A stretch of 42,821 nucleotides of DNA, taken from Candidatus Vogelbacteria bacterium RIFOXYB1_FULL_42_16 (GTDB taxonomy: Bacteria; Patescibacteriota; Minisyncoccia; Phycocordibacterales; XYD1-FULL-46-19). Location of the stretch: contig MHTH01000015.1 of assembly GCA_001823055.1 (NCBI GenBank), positions 1-42,821 on the forward strand, given 5' to 3'. The translations under genes were made by a program, and so were the position numbers. This document shows, piece after piece, positions 26,519 through 33,771 of the stretch (position 1 is its first letter; every line of letters starts with the position of its first letter). Under the pieces are notes generated by a model. It was not told where the DNA came from. It searched no databases and saw only the letters and a list, made by a program, of their open reading frames with translations.

Positions 26519-27157
26519 TTAATTGTTGTGGCTGGAAGTGGCTTCTTCGCTACCGCTGTCGGTCGAAGTCGCAGTGGTCGCTGGTGAGACTTTTTTTGTC
26601 ACGTTTATCTTTTCAATCGAGTCGTTCATTTTTTGGAAAAAGATGGGTAGACGAATTTCTTGATCCTGACTTTTTAGGCCGGAGGGATTGTCTTTAATTA
26701 AAATCAATTCGCCTTTTTTAGCTTCGGGATTTTTAAAATTCAAAGTGGCGGAAAAGGTGACAAATTCGGTGGTCATCCATTCACCCTTGGCTTTGGCGGT
26801 GGCGGTGGCAACAACATTGTTTTTATCGTCAATCAATTTGATTGGAAACTGTCCTTCAAAAAACCAAAAACCGCGCGCTTCGCCGGCTAGGTTGAGGGGA
26901 CTGACCAAGGGTCGCGACAGGTCTGGTGCGAGAATGATCGGGTCGGTATCAAGATCGCGATTGTCGGTTTTTTCGACATACATTTTTCCACTTGGTCCCT
27001 GACATTGTCGAGGATAGGACTCCATGATCGGCCGGCCGGCTTTTTCACAGCTGGCAAAATCGGTAATTTTTGGCGCTTTTTTAAGATTGGAAAATAGATA
27101 AGTGCTACCGAAATAGGTGAGAACGGCGATGATAATTAAAAAAAGTATTTTGCGCAT
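26519..27157 (-). CDS. secreted protein with Gmad2-like immunoglobulin-like domain
   Basis: It has a signal/TM. GEARGFWFFEGQFPIKLIDDKNNVVATATAKAKGEWMTTEFVTFSATLNF resembles the Gmad2 Ig-like domain. Confidence 0.55.
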   Translation of the reverse strand: MRKILFLIIIAVLTYFGSTYLFSNLKKAPKITDFASCEKAGRPIMESYPRQCQGPSGKMYVEKTDNRDLDTDPIILAPDLSRPLVSPLNLAGEARGFWFFEGQFPIKLIDDKNNVVATATAKAKGEWMTTEFVTFSATLNFKNPEAKKGELILIKDNPSGLKSQDQEIRLPIFFQKMNDSIEKINVTKKVSPATTATSTDSGSEEATSSHNN

Positions 27158-27271
27158 CCCGTTAGAGACCGCGATCGCGGCGATATATTAGTGTTAATAA
27201 TGTAAAATTGGCCATAAGATTCAATATAATTCTCTGATATTAATGTAGATCGCGATCTGTCTCTAATGGGA

Positions 27272-27601
27272 TTAGCTTATTTCCGATCCAACTGGCACCT
27301 CTTTGTCTGGCGACAACAAAACCGCCTCGCCATTTTCGCCGTGAGCAGCTAGAATCATCCCTTGGCTTTCTAATCCCATCAGTGAGCGTGGCTCCAGATT
27401 AGCCACGATGACAATTTGCCGACCGACTAAAGTGGCCGGTTCATAAGCTTTACCAATACCGGCAATGATTTGACGCTCCGAATCACCGAGCGCCACTTTG
27501 AGGCGCAACAACTTGTCCGAATCTTCAACTCTCTCGGCCTCTAAAATTTTCACTACTTTTAATTCGGTTTGTTTAAATTGGTCGTAATTTATCGTGGCCA
27601 T
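27272..27601 (-). CDS. tRNA-binding domain protein (CsaA/EMAP-like)
   Basis: LKVVKILEAERVEDSDKLLRLKVALGD..RQIIAGI......LVGRQIVIVANLEPRSLMGLESQGMILAA is a typical OB-fold tRNA-binding domain. Confidence 0.8.
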   Translation of the reverse strand: MATINYDQFKQTELKVVKILEAERVEDSDKLLRLKVALGDSERQIIAGIGKAYEPATLVGRQIVIVANLEPRSLMGLESQGMILAAHGENGEAVLLSPDKEVPVGSEIS

Positions 27602-27606
27602 CTTGG

Positions 27607-28242
27607 TTATTTTCTTATTACCTCTATCCTACCATTTTTGTCGATTTTGACTAATGTGGATGGTTTGGTTTTAGTTCGGCCGGCCAAGTAAAAATTTACC
27701 TTGTCGCCAAAGTATTTTTTGGCTTCGGTGATATTTTTGGCGGTCGGTAGACCTTCTGGATTGGCGCTGGGGGCCACTAGAGGCCCTGTGGACGCGAGCA
27801 TTTTTAGGAGTGGTTGACTAGACGGCTTGTCCGCATGATTGTGCGAAGCGTTATCGGCGGGCAGACGAAAGGCCAGAGCCTTGGTGCCTCGATGCAGGTA
27901 TTTAAATTTAACCCAATTGGCTTTTGGCAGGGGGAGAATGATGCTGACCGGCCCGGGTCCGCCTCTGCCTTGCTCTGGCGAGATAAACCAATTTTTAGCC
28001 AAAAAATTTTTTTGCTCAGGGCTTAATTCAATCCCGAATTTTTTTAAATCAGCGATTTTACTGATCAAAATAATCAGCGGTTTGGTCGGAGTCCGTCGGC
28101 GGACTTTATAAATTCTGGTTACTGTTTCTGGCAACAGAGCCAAACCGACCAGACCGTAAACCGTGTCGGTTGGTAGGACTCCGATCCCACCAGTTTTTAA
28201 GATTTTTACGAAATCAGCTTTTTTGACCATCTTTTTTGCCAT
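27607..28242 (-). CDS. tsaC: L-threonylcarbamoyladenylate synthase (YrdC/Sua5/TsaC family)
   Basis: It contains GGIGVLPTDTVYGLVG, KPLIILI, and PLVAPSANPEGLPTAKNITEA. Confidence 0.8.
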   Translation of the reverse strand: MAKKMVKKADFVKILKTGGIGVLPTDTVYGLVGLALLPETVTRIYKVRRRTPTKPLIILISKIADLKKFGIELSPEQKNFLAKNWFISPEQGRGGPGPVSIILPLPKANWVKFKYLHRGTKALAFRLPADNASHNHADKPSSQPLLKMLASTGPLVAPSANPEGLPTAKNITEAKKYFGDKVNFYLAGRTKTKPSTLVKIDKNGRIEVIRK

Positions 28243-28293
28243 TATTATAAAACTAGCAAAAATAGACGATTTTTACTATAATCGGTCAATTAA

Positions 28294-28364
28294 GGGCCTA
28301 TAGTCTAGTGGTACGACGCGTCATTCGCATTGACGAGGCGCCGGTCCGATTCCGGCTAGGTCCA
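28294..28364 (+). tRNA. tRNA-Ala(CGC), CCA not encoded
   Basis: I folded the cloverleaf by hand. The acceptor is GGGCCTA/TAGGTCC with G3:U70 and A73. The anticodon arm is CGTCA-TTCGCAT-TGACG, and the T arm is GCCGG-TCCGATT-CCGGC. The T-loop reads TCC instead of the canonical TTC. Confidence 0.8.
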
Positions 28365-28372
28365 CAATTATG

Positions 28373-28406
28373 ATAACATCCGTTCACGATCGTGAACGGA
28401 TGTTAT
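28373..28406. terminator. perfect 16-bp hairpin between tRNA-Ala and convergent pepF
   Basis: ataacatccgttcacg / cgtgaacggatgttat. Confidence 0.65.
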
Positions 28407-28410
28407 AAGA

Positions 28411-30192
28411 TTAAATTTTGCCTAGTTTTTTGGCCAGGGCGACGGCAGTGGCGAGATCACGACTAGTTTCCGCTAAACCTTTTTGCCAAAAATCCGGTTG
28501 GCCAATGTCTAAACCAGCGTGAGCAAAAATATCTTTCGGTGCCAGCGAAGAACCGGCCGATAAAATTTCAATGATTTTGTCGATAAAATTTTTGTCTTCT
28601 CGCAATTTGTTGCGTAGAGCTTTGGCGATGAGTAAGCCGGAAGCATAGGAATAAACATAAAAATAACGCCGGAAATGGCTCCAATAAATCCACCATTTTT
28701 CGTGTTGGGTTTCGAAGGACACGGCTGGTCCCAAATAGTCTGTCATTTTTTGTTTGAAAAGTTGGCCAATATTTTGGGCAGACAGGAAACCGGTTTGACG
28801 AAAATCTTCATGCAGACTTTGTTCAAAATGATAAGCGGAGACTTGGCGAAAAATCGTGGCAATATCATCATCGAGACGTGATACCAGCAGGGCCAACTTG
28901 GTTTCTTCATCTACCCCCGCTTCCAATTCTTCGGCCACCAGCAATTCCACTAAAGTGCTGGCGACTTCAGCCGTGCTGATCGGTCCGCCAAAATCTAGGG
29001 CGTTTAATTTTTCGCGCATTAGTTCGTTGTTGAGAGCATGACCCATTTCATGAGCTAGAGTCAGCACATCTTTAAATTCACCGGTATGATTGAGAAAAAC
29101 ATAAGTCGGCGCCGAGAGTAAATCGTGAGCGCAAAAAGCGCCACCGTTTTTGCCGGTTTTAGGCAAGGCGTCAACTTGGCCATTAGTCAATAAATTTTTA
29201 AATTTTTCAGCTAATTTTGGCGAAACAGCCAACAGTGTTTTTTCGACGATTGCTACCGCTTCGGTAAATTCATAATGTCGGCCGATTTGACCGTAGGGGA
29301 TGGTTCGTTCGTGATAAGCCAGCTTGGTTTGACCGAGCAATTTGGCTTTGAGTTGGTAAAAATCATGAGCTAATTGAAAGTGGTCGGTAACCAAAGCCAA
29401 CATCGTGTCAACAGTGATTGTTTCCAGATCGTCTTCAAGATGGCGCAATTGATCGGGTCGAGTCGTGCCCCGCAATTCATCATCAATTTTTTTGTATTCC
29501 AAAACCGAATTGATTTCGGCTTCGGCCATGTCGATTTTTTTAGCCAAAAATTCATCAAAAGCTTTGACGGCCTCTTGATGAATTTTTTTATCTTGACTAC
29601 TGATCAAACCGGTGATTTCAGCGAAGCCTCTTTTTTGGCCGGCGATCTCCCGTTCTTCTTTGGAGAGAGAACTTTCAGTCATTTGGATCCAGTTGCCATA
29701 AGCGACGCCGGAATTAAGATTGAGAATTTTTTCTTCGGCTTCGGATAGGAGATAGGGAGCGGTGGCAAAAACGTTAGCTAAAAAATGTTGGTAGTTTTTT
29801 AGCTCTGGATGTTGTAAAAATTCGGTTTGAATTTTGGTTGAGACTCGGGCTAGGCGCAAACCAAAAAATTGGGTTTTGTTGGTTAAATTTTGAGCTAGGT
29901 GTCGAGCTTGATTCAATTTGGCACGGATTTGGGTATCGCCTTGGTTTAGCTCTGATGATAGCCATAGATAATACATCGCCAAACTATTGTGGCCTTGGTC
30001 GTGCATCAGACGTTCGTATTCATCCAGCACTTCTTTGAGGATAGTGGGGTTCACGAGCCAGTCGTCGCGGTCCTGCCATTTGCGAGCAAAAGCCTCGACA
30101 GTCATGGTTGAGGCTTTGGCCACTTCGGCTAGTTTTGGATCGTCCAGACCGGAGAAAAGAGGACTTAGGTTCCAAGCGGTTTTGATGGTCAT
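28411..30192 (-). CDS. pepF: oligoendopeptidase F (M3B metallopeptidase)
   Basis: It has the HEMGH zinc motif in TLAHEMGHALNNEL. Length (593 aa) and overall architecture are typical of PepF. Confidence 0.9.
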   Translation of the reverse strand: MTIKTAWNLSPLFSGLDDPKLAEVAKASTMTVEAFARKWQDRDDWLVNPTILKEVLDEYERLMHDQGHNSLAMYYLWLSSELNQGDTQIRAKLNQARHLAQNLTNKTQFFGLRLARVSTKIQTEFLQHPELKNYQHFLANVFATAPYLLSEAEEKILNLNSGVAYGNWIQMTESSLSKEEREIAGQKRGFAEITGLISSQDKKIHQEAVKAFDEFLAKKIDMAEAEINSVLEYKKIDDELRGTTRPDQLRHLEDDLETITVDTMLALVTDHFQLAHDFYQLKAKLLGQTKLAYHERTIPYGQIGRHYEFTEAVAIVEKTLLAVSPKLAEKFKNLLTNGQVDALPKTGKNGGAFCAHDLLSAPTYVFLNHTGEFKDVLTLAHEMGHALNNELMREKLNALDFGGPISTAEVASTLVELLVAEELEAGVDEETKLALLVSRLDDDIATIFRQVSAYHFEQSLHEDFRQTGFLSAQNIGQLFKQKMTDYLGPAVSFETQHEKWWIYWSHFRRYFYVYSYASGLLIAKALRNKLREDKNFIDKIIEILSAGSSLAPKDIFAHAGLDIGQPDFWQKGLAETSRDLATAVALAKKLGKI

Positions 30193-30299
30193 AGTGCCAG
30201 CATTGTAGCAGAAATACGTTGTTGATTAAAGTGATTTCCTTTATTGCCTTTTTGATGGTTTTTGCTATTATAATCTCGTTAGTTCGTTAAAAAATTAAT

Positions 30300-30647
30300 T
30301 CCGCGGTAGCTCAGTGGTAGAGCGGTCGCCTGTGAAGTGACGCAGCTTCCTAAAGAAATTTAGGAATGAATAACGAGGTGAATTGTCTGGAAGCCCTAAT
30401 CCGCCCAAGGCGGAAGGGTAATCAGCAGCCAATCCTTGGTTGAATTTTGGAAGGCATTGCCTTGCCGAAGCTTCAGCGAAGGCAGGTTCAGAGACTATCC
30501 CTAACGGGAGTAGTTCGCCAGCTGGCGAACGAAGCGCCTCGCGTCTAAGTCCTTTTTATGGATATGATGGTGATATAGTCCACCCCTAGAAGTAATTTTA
30601 GGATCAGTGTAAGCGATTGGTCGTAGGTTCGAATCCTACCCGCGGAG
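30300..30647 (+). tRNA. tRNA-Asn(GUU) interrupted by a group I intron (exons 30300-30333 and 30610-30647)
   Basis: The joined exons give TCCGCGGTAGCTCAGTGGTAGAGCGGTCGCCTGT|TAAGCGATTGGTCGTAGGTTCGAATCCTACCCGCGGAG. This is a perfect cloverleaf with U1-A72, G73 and anticodon GTT. From memory it is close to the Bacillus tRNA-Asn sequence. Confidence 0.85.
30334..30609 (+). mobile_element. group I intron (276 nt, no ORF) in the anticodon loop between U35 and U36
   Basis: The conserved J6/7-P7 element GTTCAGAGACTA (30486-30497) pairs with ATAGTC (30575-30580). P1 is CTGTg/cGCAG, with a U-G wobble at the 5' splice site (T30333-G30342). A GAAA-capped P2 hairpin lies at 30347-30366. The terminal G is at 30609. 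Confidence 0.82.
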
Positions 30648-30661
30648 CTAGATAGTAATGG

Positions 30662-30689
30662 TTGACAATTTGAGCCAAAAGCATAAAAT
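30662..30689 (+). promoter_or_regulatory. promoter TTGACA-16-TAAAAT convergent on the second NYN gene
   Basis: ttgaca is at 30662-30667 and taaaat at 30684-30689. Only a roughly 55-60 nt transcript is possible before the terminator at 30705-30752. Confidence 0.45.
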
Positions 30690-30704
30690 ATCGATATAAC
30701 CATG

Positions 30705-30752
30705 AAAAAGACCCTTATGTAGATACGTCTGCATTGGGGGCTTTTTCTTTTT
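30705..30752. terminator. bidirectional terminator hairpin
   Basis: aaaaagacccttatgtaga-tacg-tctgcattgggggcttttt is followed by cttttt. On the minus strand it lies just downstream of the NYN stop (30764). Confidence 0.65.
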
Positions 30753-30763
30753 AGAACATATTG

Positions 30764-31249
30764 TTAGGGAGATTTTTTAGAAAATTTATGATAATGATCA
30801 TTGAGAAAAGTGATTTCAATATTTTTGTTTCTTAACAAAATCGAGCACTTATTCTCATTAGGGGAAATGACTCGATCAAGCACAGAATTATTTTGCAGAA
30901 ATTCTACCAGACAACCAAAATCACCATCGCCAGAAACAAGGATGCATCTATTAAACGCTTTAGTGTAAAAATCAGAAACAGTTTTTAAAACCAGCTCGGC
31001 ATCACAATTACCCTTAACCACGCCGCCAACCGAAACAGTTTGCTTAAAAACTAAAATAAAACCACATTCTTGTAGGTGTTCATAAAATTTAGTTCGAGCC
31101 GGAACCAAACCGATAAAAAGATAGACGTTAGTTGTGTCATATTTTTGTCGAAGCCAGCCATAAAACTTTTTGTAATCAATTTCATGTCCAAGCTCTTTGG
31201 CTCCACGATATAGATTATTACCATCGATATAAATATTAGTTTTATTCAC
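30764..31249 (-). CDS. NYN/LabA-like (PIN-like) domain protein, second paralog
   Basis: Motifs are IYIDGNNLY, KGNCDAELV and LVSGDGDF, arranged as in 4834-5358. Confidence 0.8.
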   Translation of the reverse strand: MNKTNIYIDGNNLYRGAKELGHEIDYKKFYGWLRQKYDTTNVYLFIGLVPARTKFYEHLQECGFILVFKQTVSVGGVVKGNCDAELVLKTVSDFYTKAFNRCILVSGDGDFGCLVEFLQNNSVLDRVISPNENKCSILLRNKNIEITFLNDHYHKFSKKSP

Positions 31250-31425
31250 AAAATTATTTTAACACATATCTGTTCTAATCAAACAAGTTCTAACTCTCTT
31301 CATCCAACGGAGCCAAACTTTTTAGCTTTATTTCTCAACGTGTTTTAGTGTACCCCTCGTCGGACGTAGAATCGCTGGGGGATTTTTGGTATACTTGTTT
31401 GAGTTATTATTAATATTTATAAATT

Positions 31426-32121
31426 ATGAAAAAGTATCTAATTGGAGTTATTTTGCTAGTTTTGGTTGCTGGGGGCGCATATTATTGGGGATTAAATAAA
31501 AAAGAAAATAATATTAACCAAGAATCAGCGGTAACCCAAGAACAAGAAGTAGTAATTCCTGTTTCTGAAAATCGGGTAAATAATTCTGGTTGGAAGAAGT
31601 ACTCTGATAATTCTATTGAATTTGAGTATCCCGATAATATTATTTCTGTAATGAAAAGTGGTGATAAAGTTAGTCTCAATCATTTTTTGAATTATAGACA
31701 TAACGATTTTTGTGATATGAAGGGGACTGGAACCGTCTTAGAGAAGTTTACTGATTTTAATGTTTCTTTCAGAATAATTAGTAAGGATATAAAAGGAGCT
31801 TTAGATGAAACTCAGGAATGGTTAGCTAAAGATTATTTTGCTAACGGCACTTTTAAACTATCTCCTGGTTTTGTTGATTCTTTTATGGCGGGCACCCTAA
31901 AAGGCCATCAGATAACATCGGGTACAGAGGGATGTGGGAATTACACTTATTATTTTTCAATTAGCTCGACAAAAACTCTCGTGGTTGTTCGCACCTTTGT
32001 CCCAGAACTTAATTCAATTAACGCTGATAATAAAACCTATCTTAATTTACCTGGGGTAATTATTCCTGATAAGGAAAGAGAGCTTTTCACAAAAATCCTG
32101 TCTTCTTTGAAGGTTAAGTAA
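31426..32121 (+). CDS. hypothetical secreted/membrane-anchored protein
   Basis: It is a 231-aa ORF with an N-terminal TM/signal (LIGVILLVLVAGGAYYWG). I recognise no family. Confidence 0.6.
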   Translation: MKKYLIGVILLVLVAGGAYYWGLNKKENNINQESAVTQEQEVVIPVSENRVNNSGWKKYSDNSIEFEYPDNIISVMKSGDKVSLNHFLNYRHNDFCDMKGTGTVLEKFTDFNVSFRIISKDIKGALDETQEWLAKDYFANGTFKLSPGFVDSFMAGTLKGHQITSGTEGCGNYTYYFSISSTKTLVVVRTFVPELNSINADNKTYLNLPGVIIPDKERELFTKILSSLKVK

Positions 32122-32170
32122 TCCCAACAAGTTCTAACCTTATGCACCCATTGGAGTCAAGAAGTAAAAT

Positions 32171-32199
32171 AAAAACGCCCAATCTGGGCGTTTTTATTT
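32171..32199 (+). terminator. rho-independent terminator
   Basis: aaaaacgccca-atc-tgggcgttttt with a T-tract. Confidence 0.8.
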
Positions 32200-32256
32200 G
32201 TGTGGAGTTGAGGACTCATGATTTACGGGATCTGTTTCTATTGCTATACTAAAATC

Positions 32257-32469
32257 ATGCAAAAAATAGCAACGCGAATTTTCATTTATTCATCGATTGC
32301 TTTTGGTATTGTCGGGATTTTATTAATCCTGACCGGATTTGGACCGGGTAATGACGATAAATCGCCATTAAACCAAATGATGTTTAAACTTCTATTTACC
32401 ACTATTTTTATTATCTTACCTTCATTTGCCTTGAGTGTGGCCGGTAAGTATCTAAACGACAAAACTTAA
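32257..32469 (+). CDS. small membrane protein (70 aa), leaderless configuration
   Basis: A TGcTATACT extended -10 (32242-32250) ends 6 nt before the ATG at 32257. The product has two predicted TM helices. Confidence 0.5.
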   Translation: MQKIATRIFIYSSIAFGIVGILLILTGFGPGNDDKSPLNQMMFKLLFTTIFIILPSFALSVAGKYLNDKT

Positions 32470-32660
32470 TTTTCACTAAAATAAGGGTTTTTTGCGTCAC
32501 AAATAGGATGTTCAAACCCTTGAGGTGGTCCCAAGCTATTGAACCATTACGGGGTATTGACATATTCAATATATTTTGTTTTATTGTATGCAGAGTATTG
32601 GTTCTTGTTCGTCAACAGATCATTACCGATTATGGTATTTGATCGAGGAGGAGGTTTAAG

Positions 32661-32765
32661 ATGTATGCAGAGGAGTCTGGAATGAAAGGTGTCCTTAGTT
32701 TCTTCATGTTTCTTCTTTCGGCTTTTCTCTCGTTGTTTGGGATCTCGTTCAGTATTACGTGGTAG
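32661..32765 (+). CDS. 34-aa hydrophobic peptide (MYAEESGMKGVLSFFMFLLSAFLSLFGISFSITW)
   Basis: A strong SD GAGGAGGAGG lies 6 nt upstream of the ATG. The peptide has a single TM helix. A 21-bp perfect terminator hairpin follows directly. It falls below the ORF-track cutoff. Confidence 0.45.
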   Translation: MYAEESGMKGVLSFFMFLLSAFLSLFGISFSITW

Positions 32766-32775
32766 ATGGGACCCC

Positions 32776-32828
32776 AAAAGTGCCGATGGCGATTTTTTGA
32801 AAAATCGCCATCGGCACTTTTATTTTTA
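32776..32828. terminator. long perfect hairpin terminator
   Basis: aaaagtgccgatggcgattttt / aaaaatcgccatcggcactttt is followed by tattttt. Confidence 0.8.
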
Positions 32829-32958
32829 AACAATAATTAGAGATCAGTCTCTTTAAGGTATTTTTTCTTTATTATGTTAAACTGTCGGAGTAAGGATTAA
32901 TCAACTAATTAATCTCGTAAAATCCGAAACCGGATCACGGGACAAGTAATATATACAT

Positions 32959-33084
32959 ATGGGAAAAAGAGACACCGGGGTAGGGAAGCCGAGAAAATCG
33001 CATTCGCCAAAAACCAAGAAGCGCTTGGCGATCAAGAAATTGATGTTGGAAGCAAAAGCGAAAAAGAGACGGAAGAAAAAATAA
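32959..33084 (+). CDS. possible 41-aa highly basic peptide (MGKRDTGVGKPRKSHSPKTKKRLAIKKLMLEAKAKKRRKKK)
   Basis: It is an open frame in an otherwise unassigned gap. A TAATAT lies about 6 nt upstream of the ATG (leaderless-like). There is no SD and I recognise no family. Confidence 0.25.
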   Translation: MGKRDTGVGKPRKSHSPKTKKRLAIKKLMLEAKAKKRRKKK

Positions 33085-33099
33085 TTTCTAGGTAAAAAA

Positions 33100-33384
33100 T
33101 TATTTGTCTGGATTTATTGTCAAGCTCATCTGATCGAGCACGCTTTTAATATGTTTTCTGGTGGAATGCTCCAAATTTTTACTGTTTGATTTTATTGATC
33201 TAACGAAATCGTTCGCGGCTTTTTTGCGAGCATTTTCTGGCAAGTCCTTTTTCAATCCAGACAGATATTTTTCAACTTTCTCTCTGGTTAGATCGACTAA
33301 ACCTAAGCCGATCAAAAGCGATTGTTTTAGAGCGCTATCGTTTTTGATTGCCTTGTGGCGCTTTATTCTAGTGATAGTGTTCAT
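33100..33384 (-). CDS. hypothetical protein (94 aa, basic, helical)
   Basis: It is a clean ORF. I recognise no family. Confidence 0.5.
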   Translation of the reverse strand: MNTITRIKRHKAIKNDSALKQSLLIGLGLVDLTREKVEKYLSGLKKDLPENARKKAANDFVRSIKSNSKNLEHSTRKHIKSVLDQMSLTINPDK

Positions 33385-33406
33385 GAATATTTTTTATCTT
33401 AATTAA

Positions 33407-33658
33407 TTATGTTCGGGTTAAAGCTTTGACGATAAAAATCAAAATAATCGCACCGAGGATTGCGACCACAAAACTGTACAAATTGAAACCGTCGACGCCA
33501 CTACTGCCGAGAAAGTTCATTATCCAACCTCCAACTACGGCGCCGACCACACCGACTACCACATTGAGCACCAAGCCCTGTTGGGAGTTGGTTCCCATCA
33601 ACATAGAAGCAATCCAACCAACTAAAGCCCCAAAAATAATCCATAGTATGATTCCCAT
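33407..33658 (-). CDS. GlsB/YeaQ/YmgE family (transglycosylase-associated) small membrane protein
   Basis: It contains WIIFGALVGWIASMLMG...QGLVLNVVVGVVGAVVGGWI and has three Gly-rich TM helices. Confidence 0.8.
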   Translation of the reverse strand: MGIILWIIFGALVGWIASMLMGTNSQQGLVLNVVVGVVGAVVGGWIMNFLGSSGVDGFNLYSFVVAILGAIILIFIVKALTRT

Positions 33659-33771
33659 ATATTTAAATTAATTAATCTTGCTAATATTCAGACCTTGTTA
33701 TAAAGGAGCCGTTAAAGAATCTAGATTATTACAGCGTTTTGGTTTAGGTTTTTTATGCTACAATAGCTGGC

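Noticed and set aside
30300-30345. Apparent tRNA-His(GUG): acceptor/D arm followed by the hairpin GTCGC-CTGTGAA-GTGAC
   Set aside because: No variable or T arm follows this hairpin. The matching T arm and 3' acceptor strand are 270 nt downstream. The intervening sequence has group I core motifs. Splicing after U35 yields a perfect tRNA-Asn(GUU) with the Asn-typical U1-A72/G73.
30702-30722. 6-codon mini-ORF (MKKTLM) downstream of the 30662 promoter
   Set aside because: It is too short to evaluate, has no SD, and lies within the terminator stem.
32547-32833. Two overlapping minus-strand ORFs (76 and 67 aa) opposite the 34-aa peptide gene
   Set aside because: They overlap each other, span the 21-bp terminator palindrome, and have no start signals. 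The plus-strand peptide has a far better SD and terminator context.
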